A stretch of 51,148 bases of DNA from Candidatus Nomurabacteria bacterium RIFCSPLOWO2_01_FULL_42_20 (GTDB lineage: Bacteria > Patescibacteriota > Minisyncoccia > Phycocordibacterales > CAZVEC01): positions 1 to 51,148 of the forward strand of contig MFVF01000030.1 of the NCBI GenBank assembly GCA_001785965.1, in the 5' to 3' direction. The notes beneath the pieces were generated by a model, which worked only from the letters and a program-made list of their open reading frames with translations, was not told the origin of the DNA and searched no databases. Shown here piece after piece: positions 41,035 to 48,667 of this stretch; position 1 is the first letter of the stretch; the number at the start of each line of letters is the position of its first letter. Both the position numbers and the translations under genes were made by a program.

Positions 41035-41316
41035 TCACCCGAATAATTTTTTTAATTCAATTTTAGCTTCTTCAAGAATTCTTTTTCGCTCTGCCAGCAG
41101 GTTTTTGCCGGCCCGGTTGATGTAGAAGTTAAGCATGGACATGGCTGATTGATAGGGATTTGCTTTGCGGCGGGAACTTTCCTCTGCCGATTGTTTGAGC
41201 GATAAGGCGATTTTTCTCGGGTCATTCCATGTAAATACTCCCTTTTCCAGATCAAGGGCATTGCTTTCTTTCGTTACTCGGCCGGACCAGTATTTTGACA
41301 ATTTCTTTTTTGCCAT
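41035..41316 (-). CDS. DUF3175 family protein
   Basis: KYWSGRVTKESNALDLEKGVFTW.DP.KIA.SLK.SAE.S.RRK..PYQSAMSML.FYINRAGKNL. Confidence 0.7.
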   Translation of the reverse strand: MAKKKLSKYWSGRVTKESNALDLEKGVFTWNDPRKIALSLKQSAEESSRRKANPYQSAMSMLNFYINRAGKNLLAERKRILEEAKIELKKLFG

Positions 41317-41336
41317 ATAATAATAAATGATAACAT

Positions 41337-41960
41337 ATGGAAGTAGAGATAAAAATAAATGACGAGGGCATTAAAGGCATATTGGAAGTGCCGAAAGAAG
41401 CCAAGGGAATCGTGATTTTCTCCCACGGTTCGGGCAGCGGCCGACTCTCTCCGCGGAATAACTTCGTGGCTAAAGTTTTGCAAAAAGCCGGCATCGCCAC
41501 TCTTCTGATTGACCTCCTGACGCCCGAAGAAGAGCTTGATCGGAGAAATGTTTTTGATATTCCCTTACTCACAGAACGGCTTAAATTGGCGACTGAGTTT
41601 ATTCAAAAAAAACCACTTACGAAAAAATTTGCTATTGGATATTTCGGCGCCTCAACCGGCGCCGCCTCGGCCCTCCGAGCCTCGGCCGCACTGGGCAGTC
41701 AAATCAAAGCCGTTGTTTCTCGCGGCGGCCGGCCGGATATGGCCATGGAGGATTTGCCTCAAGTGAAAAGCCCCACTCTTCTTATTGTCGGCAGTTTGGA
41801 TGACGTGGTCATCGGACTTAACAGGGAAGCTTACGAAAAATTAAATTGTGAAAAAGAATTGAAAATAATTCCCGGCGCGAGCCACCTTTTTGAAGAACCG
41901 GGCAAATTGGAAGAAGTGGCCAATCTTGCCGCAGAGTGGTTTTTGAAATACCTGGGATAA
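41337..41960 (+). CDS. Dienelactone-hydrolase-like alpha/beta hydrolase
   Basis: VIFSHGSGSGRLSPRN, nucleophile elbow GYFGASTGAA, and IPGASHLFEEPG. Confidence 0.7.
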   Translation: MEVEIKINDEGIKGILEVPKEAKGIVIFSHGSGSGRLSPRNNFVAKVLQKAGIATLLIDLLTPEEELDRRNVFDIPLLTERLKLATEFIQKKPLTKKFAIGYFGASTGAASALRASAALGSQIKAVVSRGGRPDMAMEDLPQVKSPTLLIVGSLDDVVIGLNREAYEKLNCEKELKIIPGASHLFEEPGKLEEVANLAAEWFLKYLG

Positions 41961-42148
41961 ATAAATTTTTTTAAAAAATCCTAAAATCTCTGGTTGAAAA
42001 AAGTCCTTGAAAATTAGGACAAAATTATTGAGAAAATATCTTGAATATGTTATTTTATTTAGATAGGGGGTGAACATAAATAATGTGCTATAATACGCGA
42101 AGCGGGTTTCCCTGTGGTCTTGCCACGGGAACATTGTAGAATAAAACT

Positions 42149-42622
42149 ATGACAAAATTTGAAAAAATATCTTTGTTTTTGCTCCGAGTCGGTTTAGGCT
42201 GGTTTTTCTTTTATGCTGGCATTACTAAAGTTTTAGACCCGAGCTGGTCAGCGGCGGGGTATCTTCAAAACGCCAAAACTTTTTCCGGCTTCTTTGCCTG
42301 GTTCGCCAGCCCGGGTATTTTGCCGGTCACTAATTTTCTGAACGAATGGGGGCTGACCATTCTTGGCGCTTCGCTTATTTTGGGAATTTTCGTACGATTT
42401 TCTTCCGGCCTTGGAATTATTTTGATGCTTCTTTATTATTTTTCCGGCGCCGAGTTTCCATTTGTTGAACACGGATTTTTGGTTGACGATCATATTATCT
42501 ACGCTCTCATTCTTCTTTACTTTGCCGCGATCCGCGCCGGCCGCGTTTACGGCCTTGAAAACTGGTGTTCCAATTTGCCGATCTGTTCTCGTTTCCCCAA
42601 ATTGCGAAATTGGCTAGGCTAG
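42149..42622 (+). CDS. DoxX/DoxD-like membrane protein
   Basis: LFLLRVGLGWFFFYAGITKV plus four TM segments. Extended -10 TGCTATAAT at about 42085-42093. Confidence 0.65.
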   Translation: MTKFEKISLFLLRVGLGWFFFYAGITKVLDPSWSAAGYLQNAKTFSGFFAWFASPGILPVTNFLNEWGLTILGASLILGIFVRFSSGLGIILMLLYYFSGAEFPFVEHGFLVDDHIIYALILLYFAAIRAGRVYGLENWCSNLPICSRFPKLRNWLG

Positions 42623-42810
42623 ATTATTAATCTGTATTAATTATATTGATGAAAAAAATTATACGGCTAGCCTCTTACGGGTTCTTGCATGTACTTACAT
42701 TATCGCTTGGCCTGTCACTTGGTTTTGCAATAAGTTTTGATATTCAAGGAGGCCAATTTGCCCAAGCAAAAAACTTGTCGCCGCGACGAGTTTATGGCGA
42801 ATTAGTTAAA

Positions 42811-43158
42811 TTAATTCAAGCCTTTTTTAATTCTCAAAAGAATTTCTTTTAACTCTGGTAAGTCCTTTTTTATAGTATCCCAAACAACCTTTTCATCAAT
42901 GCCCCAATACTCATGCACTAACATATTCCGCATGTCCATAATTTCTTTCCATTCGACTTTAGGATATTTCTCACGAACTTGTTCATAAATATTCTTGATT
43001 GCTTCCCCGATAATAATAAAATTCATCATCACTGCCTCATAAGTTTTTTTATCGTTTTTTAATTCGCCACCATCTTTATGAACTAAAACATAGCTATTAA
43101 TTTTATCTATAGCGTCAAAAATGTCTTCAATGTATAAATTTACATCTCTTTCGATCAT
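42811..43158 (-). CDS. hepT: HepT (DUF86) toxin of a type VII TA pair
   Basis: RNMLVHEYWGID contains the R-x4-H-x-Y motif. 115 aa. The antitoxin gene's 3' end overlaps this gene's start by 4 nt. Confidence 0.85.
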   Translation of the reverse strand: MIERDVNLYIEDIFDAIDKINSYVLVHKDGGELKNDKKTYEAVMMNFIIIGEAIKNIYEQVREKYPKVEWKEIMDMRNMLVHEYWGIDEKVVWDTIKKDLPELKEILLRIKKGLN

Positions 43159-43451
43159 ACAATCTCTAGCTGACTTAAAATTTTATCGCGAATAAGTGGC
43201 TTAATTCCACTTTTAGTAACAAGATCAACTTCTCGTCCTAATAAATCTTTTAAATAAAATTTAAGACGGGCAAACTCAAAAAGACCTACTGGAACTTTGT
43301 GACTTAATTCAACAGCAATATCAATGTCGCTATCCGCGCCATGTTCGTCTCGGACAACTGAACCGAAAACGCCTATCTCTTCCACGCCGTAAGTTTCCTT
43401 AAGATAATCTTTCTTTTGAGCGATTTTTTCTTTGATTTCATTTAGATTCAT
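43155..43451 (-). CDS. mntA: MntA nucleotidyltransferase antitoxin
   Basis: GVFGSVVRDEHGADSDIDIAV (G-S-x10-D-x-D), 98 aa. Confidence 0.85.
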   Translation of the reverse strand: MNLNEIKEKIAQKKDYLKETYGVEEIGVFGSVVRDEHGADSDIDIAVELSHKVPVGLFEFARLKFYLKDLLGREVDLVTKSGIKPLIRDKILSQLEIV

Positions 43452-43675
43452 AAATTTAATATATCAAAAACAAGCCGAAAAAGCAAACTCCGTTGAATGT
43501 TGAAGTTAGGCTTCAACAGGAAGGTTTTACAGAAGCTAGACCAGTTTGACGAAGCGGCTATCCTCGATTTCATCAAATCAGCCAGAGGCAAGTCGCCGGA
43601 ACCCCTCGCGCCGTAAAACTAGCAAGAATGATTTTTGTTAATTTCCACTCTGTGGATAATTTATCCTTGACACCA

Positions 43676-43694
43676 TATACCCCCCTAGGGTATA
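43676..43694. promoter_or_regulatory. CsoR-type operator between -35 and -10
   Basis: TATACCC-cccta-GGGTATA sits between TTGACA (43667-43672) and TATACT (43691-43696). The ATG at 43704 is 7 nt after the -10. Confidence 0.6.
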
Positions 43695-43703
43695 CTTAAT
43701 TGT

Positions 43704-43985
43704 ATGCATGCGCATCGCGATTCTAAGTATAAAAAACAACTCATCAGGCGGCTTTCCATCGCTTCCGGGCAGATTAAGGGGCTTATGAAGATGATTGAGG
43801 AAGACAAATACTGCATTGATATCTTGCATCAGTCGCTTGCCGTCAAGCAGGCTCTTTCGGGTTGTGAAGATTTGATTTTGGAAAATCATCTCTCCACTCA
43901 CGTCATTGAGCAGATAAAATCAGGAAAGGAATCAAAATCAACCAAAGAAATTTTGGATATTTATAAGTTGTCAAAAAGAAAATAA
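43704..43985 (+). CDS. csoR: CsoR/RcnR family metal-sensing repressor
   Basis: IRRLSIASGQIKGLMKMIEEDKYCIDILHQSLAVKQAL..C.. is the DUF156 pattern with Cys/His/Cys ligand positions. Confidence 0.85.
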   Translation: MHAHRDSKYKKQLIRRLSIASGQIKGLMKMIEEDKYCIDILHQSLAVKQALSGCEDLILENHLSTHVIEQIKSGKESKSTKEILDIYKLSKRK

Positions 43986-43987
43986 TA

Positions 43988-44872
43988 ATGGAACTTCTTT
44001 TAAGCGCATCAATAATAGCCGCATTTATCGCTGGAGTAGCCGCTCTTTTTGCGCCATGCTGCATTACCGTGCTTTTGCCGTCGTATTTTGCTTCTATTTT
44101 CCGCGAAAAGCGCAAAGTTTTTTTAATGACTTTTATTTTCTTTCTGGGAATTCTGGCGGTTTTCCTGCCGATTGGATTGGGGGCGGCGACGCTCGGAAAG
44201 TTCTTCAGCCAATATCACAATATTATTTTCGGCATCGGCGGCACATTTCTCGCTATTCTCGGAATCATTCTTCTCACTGGCATTCATTTTTCTTTGCCAA
44301 TGAGAGCAAGCCCCGCTCTCAAAAATCATAATGCGGTTTCCGTGTTTGTATTGGGCGTATTTTCAGCGATTGCCACGACCTGTTGCGCGCCGGTGCTGGC
44401 CGGAGTGCTCGCCCTCTCCGCGCTTCCCGGGTCAATATTCTGGGGCGGTATCTATACTCTGGCTTATGTCTTCGGGATGGTCGCGCCATTGTTCTTGATC
44501 TCGCTTTTCCTTGATAAGGTCAACTTCGAACAAAAATTCCAAAAGACTTTTAGCAGACCGATCCGATACCGATTGCTTGGCAAGGAAGTCAGCATTGCTG
44601 TTTCTGAAGCGGTTTCAGGCGTTACTTTTCTGGCTATGGGCGTTTTGATTCTTTATTTCGCCCTTACTAATAAGCTCTTTATGCAAGCCGGAGGTTATCA
44701 GACAGACATCAATATTTTTCTTACTAAAATTCTGCAATCCATAAACGGCTTTATAAAAATTGTTCCCGAATATGTCTGGGCGATTATCCTTATTGTATTA
44801 GTAGTATTAATAGTTAAGTGGTCGATTAAACAATTTATTAGAGAAAATAAGAATAATAAAAATTATGAATAA
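43988..44872 (+). CDS. DsbD_2/CcdA-like membrane protein with CC motifs
   Basis: FAPCCITVLLPSYF and TTCCAPVLAG lie in TM helices; about 7 TM segments. Confidence 0.6.
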   Translation: MELLLSASIIAAFIAGVAALFAPCCITVLLPSYFASIFREKRKVFLMTFIFFLGILAVFLPIGLGAATLGKFFSQYHNIIFGIGGTFLAILGIILLTGIHFSLPMRASPALKNHNAVSVFVLGVFSAIATTCCAPVLAGVLALSALPGSIFWGGIYTLAYVFGMVAPLFLISLFLDKVNFEQKFQKTFSRPIRYRLLGKEVSIAVSEAVSGVTFLAMGVLILYFALTNKLFMQAGGYQTDINIFLTKILQSINGFIKIVPEYVWAIILIVLVVLIVKWSIKQFIRENKNNKNYE

Positions 44873-45497
44873 AAATAATATTTTAACCGTTGCAATAATA
44901 GTTATATTTATAGTTGGCGTTGGCGCATTGATATACAGCGGAAAAAATAATGGTAATAATAAAACTGAAACAGTCGCAGTCGATGAACACGGGCATTCCT
45001 TGCCTGCTAACGCCGCAGTTTCATCCATTGCAGACATGGTTGACAAGCCGGCGCCAGATTTTTCACTCTCTGACCGAGACGGGAAAGTGTATTCATTGAG
45101 CGAATTGCGGGGTAAAAACATCATTCTCTTTTTTAACGAAGGATTGATGTGCTATCCAGCCTGTTGGAGCCAAATAGCTTCTTTCCCCAAAGATGAACGA
45201 TTTAGTAATACTGGCACAGTGGTACTCTCGATTGTAGTTGATTCCGCGGATGATTGGCAAAGCGCGATTGAAAAAATGCCGGAGCTTGCTACGGCCACCG
45301 TTGTTTTTGACAAAGGCGCCACAGTATCAAAACAGTTTGACATGCTTAAATCCGCATCCTCAATGCATTACGGGTCCCTGCCAGGGCACACTTATGTGCT
45401 TATAGATAAAGAAGGAATTGTCCGCCATGTTTTTGACGATCCGAATATGGCTATCCACAACGATCAATTGATAGCGGAGCTTGATAAAGTAAGTTAA
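44865..45497 (+). CDS. Redoxin/AhpC-TSA-like thioredoxin-fold protein, membrane anchored
   Basis: PAPDFSLSDRDGKVYSLSELRGKNIILFFNEGLMCYPACW. Confidence 0.7.
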   Translation: MNKNNILTVAIIVIFIVGVGALIYSGKNNGNNKTETVAVDEHGHSLPANAAVSSIADMVDKPAPDFSLSDRDGKVYSLSELRGKNIILFFNEGLMCYPACWSQIASFPKDERFSNTGTVVLSIVVDSADDWQSAIEKMPELATATVVFDKGATVSKQFDMLKSASSMHYGSLPGHTYVLIDKEGIVRHVFDDPNMAIHNDQLIAELDKVS

Positions 45498-45504
45498 AAC
45501 TAAC

Positions 45505-46647
45505 ATGGAGGCCTTTTCTCATTCTTTGCATACACATGAAAACGACAGCGGCTGGAAGCCAAACAAATATATTGCCGCTTTTATTCTGGCCATATCGATA
45601 CTGGCTGTTTTTCTGGCCATGTCCGGATCGCCAAATCAAGATATAATTAAAGGAGAAGTTAAGCAGATAAAAGCCGAGAGAATTGTGGATTCGGTGGCGG
45701 GCATGAAAGTGAAAGAACAAGATTTATCTGTTGAGGTAATGGTTGATAGAGAGAAGAAAGAAATTGCGGTCATGAATGATTTTACACCCATTAGAGTAGG
45801 GGACAAGATATTTTTGCAGGGTTCGCTTTTTGGCGATGAAGAGGCGTTTGAAATCAAGGATATAAGCAGAGAAAAAGGTGTTTTTGTACTGACGGCCTTA
45901 TTTATTATTCTTGTTTTTGCCACGAGCGGTTGGAGGGGTTTTTATTCGCTGATCGGCCTTATATTCAGTTTGAGCGTCATCTTTGTTTTTATCGTGCCGC
46001 TTATATTAAAAGGATTAAATCCTATCTTTGTCGGCATAGCTGGCTCTTTTCTGATTTTACTCGTGACCCTTTATCTTTCCCACGGTTTGACTAAAAAATC
46101 CATTTCAGCTTTTATTGGCATTATTCTTTCGCTTTTATTTACCGGCATTCTTGCGAATTTAGCAGTTCAAGCTATGCGCTTTACCGGCTTTAGCAATGAA
46201 GGGGCGCTGTATTTAAATATGGAGACAGGCAGTCCTTTTAACCTTGTCGGTCTTTTAACAGCCGGCATTATTATTGCGGCGATTGGAATTTTGGACGATG
46301 TGGCGGTTACCCAATCATCGACGGTTTTCAGTATTGCTTCGGCCAATTCTTCTCTCAAAGGGATGCCGCTTTATAAAAAAGCGATGAGCGTCGGCAAAGA
46401 TCATATTTCGGCGGTAATCAACACGCTTGTCTTGGCTTACACCGGCGCGGCTTTGCCGCTCGTGCTTCTTCTGACCCTACGAAATACGCCCGTTGATTTT
46501 TTCCTTAGCTTTGAAATGGTTTCAGAAGAGATCGTGAGAACCCTTATCGCTTCTTCCGGCTTATTGCTGGCCGTTCCGATTACAACCGCGATTGCGGTAT
46601 TCTTCCGCCAATATAAATTTAAAAGGTCGAAATTATTAGTTAATTAA
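45505..46647 (+). CDS. YibE/F-like polytopic membrane protein
   Basis: His-rich N-terminus (HSLHTHE), one TM segment plus an extracytoplasmic domain, then about 6 TM segments in the YibE/F arrangement. Confidence 0.5.
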   Translation: MEAFSHSLHTHENDSGWKPNKYIAAFILAISILAVFLAMSGSPNQDIIKGEVKQIKAERIVDSVAGMKVKEQDLSVEVMVDREKKEIAVMNDFTPIRVGDKIFLQGSLFGDEEAFEIKDISREKGVFVLTALFIILVFATSGWRGFYSLIGLIFSLSVIFVFIVPLILKGLNPIFVGIAGSFLILLVTLYLSHGLTKKSISAFIGIILSLLFTGILANLAVQAMRFTGFSNEGALYLNMETGSPFNLVGLLTAGIIIAAIGILDDVAVTQSSTVFSIASANSSLKGMPLYKKAMSVGKDHISAVINTLVLAYTGAALPLVLLLTLRNTPVDFFLSFEMVSEEIVRTLIASSGLLLAVPITTAIAVFFRQYKFKRSKLLVN

Positions 46648-46666
46648 ACCCTCCTTCGCTAAAGCT

Positions 46667-46888
46667 ATGGAGGGCAAAGAAAAAATTATGACGCAAAATT
46701 TAGGAAAATTAGACAGAATCTTTCGTTTTATTTTGGGGATATTATGGCTTAGTCCGATGGCTCCGCAATTTGGCGCTCCCTGGCTTAACACGGTTGTCTT
46801 TATCGTAGCCTTAATTGCGCTTGTTGAAAGTTTTATCGGCTGGTGCGGTCTGCACAGTGTGTTCAAAATAAATAATTGCAATCAATAA
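46667..46888 (+). CDS. DUF2892 (YgaP-like) small membrane protein
   Basis: LGKLDRIFRFILGI...ALVESFIGWCGLHSVF. Confidence 0.65.
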   Translation: MEGKEKIMTQNLGKLDRIFRFILGILWLSPMAPQFGAPWLNTVVFIVALIALVESFIGWCGLHSVFKINNCNQ

Positions 46889-46929
46889 AAAAGTCGAAAA
46901 TTATTAGTTTAACTTTAATAAATAAATAT

Positions 46930-47211
46930 ATGGAACTACAAAAAAATAAGTTTGCTTTAGCGGCTGGCGGAGTCATGGGAATCGTTTATGTCGTTTGCGC
47001 GATTTTTGTCGCCCTTTGGCCGAACTTTGCAATGCAGCTTTTCGGTTGGTTGATTCATCTGGTCAATGTTGATAAATTTGCCGGTGATGTGCAAATTACT
47101 GCCAGCGGCTTCATTATTGGCCTCTTGCAGGCAGTCATCTACACCTATATTGTCGCTTACCTTTTTGCCTCACTGCACAATCGCTTCATGAGCGGAAATA
47201 AGCAGCAATAA
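46930..47211 (+). CDS. Small membrane protein (DUF5676-like)
   Basis: MELQKNKFALAAGGVMGIVYVVCAIFVALWP...; 93 aa with 2-3 TM segments. Confidence 0.5.
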   Translation: MELQKNKFALAAGGVMGIVYVVCAIFVALWPNFAMQLFGWLIHLVNVDKFAGDVQITASGFIIGLLQAVIYTYIVAYLFASLHNRFMSGNKQQ

Positions 47212-47215
47212 AATC

Positions 47216-47386
47216 ATGTTTAACTTCTTCAAAGAAAAATGTCCGGTTTGCAAAATGGTCCTGGAAAAAGATAAAAATTACCCCGAAGGATTCGGCAAGA
47301 AATTCTGTTCTGAAAATTGCAAAGAAGAATTCGGGAAGAACACAGTAAAAGAACAACCTCATAAGAGCCACGGCTGTTGTCATTAA
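47216..47386 (+). CDS. 56-aa TRASH/YHS-like metal-binding protein (shorter than any ORF in the supplied track)
   Basis: Encodes MFNFFKEKCPVCKMVLEKDKNYPEGFGKKFCSENCKEEFGKNTVKEQPHKSHGCCH. Has a CxxC...FCSxxC pattern and a C-terminal HGCCH. Confidence 0.55.
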   Translation: MFNFFKEKCPVCKMVLEKDKNYPEGFGKKFCSENCKEEFGKNTVKEQPHKSHGCCH

Positions 47387-47388
47387 TA

Positions 47389-47817
47389 ATGATTACTAAA
47401 TCCACAATATACGGATTTATAGGAATGACGATATTGCTCGCTGTGTATTTTTCTGTTGTCAGCTTAATTTCCGGCTGGTCGTTTGCCGTTAGCCAATTCA
47501 GTCAGTTTTGGTATTTCATTGTCAGCTTGGCAGTCGGATTCGGAATTCAAATCGGGCTTTACGCATATCTGAAAAGCGCCATTCACAGGAAAAATGCCGG
47601 CGGCGGAGCTTTAGCTGTCTCGGGCGCAACTTCCACTGTGGCGATGCTCTCTTGCTGTGCTCATTATCTCGTTAACATTTTGCCGATTATCGGGGCAGCG
47701 GGAATTATCAGTTTAATAGGGCAATATCAGATTCAATTATTCTGGGTTGGGCTGATTTTCAATATCGCCGGCATAATTTATATTGCCCGGAAAATTATCA
47801 TCTTCCAGACTAAATAA
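47389..47817 (+). CDS. Polytopic membrane protein with an SCCAHY motif, hypothetical
   Basis: 142 aa, 4 TM segments, LSCCAHYLVNILP within a TM helix. Confidence 0.55.
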   Translation: MITKSTIYGFIGMTILLAVYFSVVSLISGWSFAVSQFSQFWYFIVSLAVGFGIQIGLYAYLKSAIHRKNAGGGALAVSGATSTVAMLSCCAHYLVNILPIIGAAGIISLIGQYQIQLFWVGLIFNIAGIIYIARKIIIFQTK

Positions 47818-47821
47818 TAAT

Positions 47822-48532
47822 ATGCAATACGCTTGGTTAATTTGGAGTTCTGTATTGGTCGTGATATGGCTGGCCGTGTATTTTTCTTTGAAAAATAAAG
47901 AAAGCAAAAGAGAAATGCTTTTGGTAAGTTTATGGACTTCGCTACTTGGATTTACCGAACCGCTCTTTGTGCCGGAATACTGGAATCCGCCGTCGCTTTT
48001 TAATTTGGCGGCAAGAACAGGTTTTGATATAGAAAGTTTTATTTTCGCCTTCGGCGTTGGAGGGCTTGCTGTAATCATCTATGAAAGAATTTTCCAGATC
48101 AGACATGAGCAAATAAGCACGGAAGAAAAACACCTCCCGCGGCACAGATATCATTTATTCGCGCTTCTTTCGGCGCCGATTATTTTTATTTTACTTTCAA
48201 TTTTTACTAATTTAAATCCTATTTATTCGGCTACTATTGCGCTTATCGGTGGCGGATTATTTACTTGGTATTGCCGCCCCAACCTTAAAAAGAAAATGAT
48301 TGCAAGCGCATTTATATTCTTAGGGTTTTATTCCTTGTACTTTTTAATACTAACTACTCTGTATTCTGATTATGTTCGGCAAGTATGGAATCTTGCGGCA
48401 GTCTCTGGAATTTTGATTTTAGGCATTCCATTGGAAGAATTAATGTTTGCTTTCGGATTGGGATTTCTGTGGTCAAGCGTGCATGAACATTTGAAATGGT
48501 ATAAGATTAAAAATTTTGATATTATCAAGTAA
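47822..48532 (+). CDS. Lycopene-cyclase-domain-like membrane protein
   Basis: 236 aa, about 7 TM segments, GIPLEELMFAFGLGFLW (h-P-h-E-E motif). Confidence 0.45.
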   Translation: MQYAWLIWSSVLVVIWLAVYFSLKNKESKREMLLVSLWTSLLGFTEPLFVPEYWNPPSLFNLAARTGFDIESFIFAFGVGGLAVIIYERIFQIRHEQISTEEKHLPRHRYHLFALLSAPIIFILLSIFTNLNPIYSATIALIGGGLFTWYCRPNLKKKMIASAFIFLGFYSLYFLILTTLYSDYVRQVWNLAAVSGILILGIPLEELMFAFGLGFLWSSVHEHLKWYKIKNFDIIK

Positions 48533-48667
48533 AATACTATGGAGCAGAAAGAAACAACAACCCCAGCACCAGAAATCAATAACGAATGCTTATTGATTTC
48601 GGTGCGAGGCGAGAAGCGGTTAGATAAGGCAAGTATTGCAAAACAAATTTAATTTTTTATAGTAATT

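Noticed and set aside
42646-42852. 68-aa + strand ORF (TTG/ATG start) overlapping the 3' end of hepT
   Set aside because: It overlaps hepT by 42 nt on the opposite strand. The N-terminus is hydrophobic, but nothing else supports it. A small secreted peptide cannot be excluded.
43508-43616. Short frame encoding ...LDQFDEAAILDFIKSARGKSPEPLAP upstream of mntA
   Set aside because: There is no start codon context or recognisable domain. It is treated as a possible relic only.
43651-43659. Perfect DnaA-box consensus TGTGGATAA upstream of csoR
   Set aside because: It is a single 9-mer, and one such match in about 100 kb of two-strand sequence is expected by chance. There is no cluster, AT-rich unwinding element or dnaA/dnaN context.
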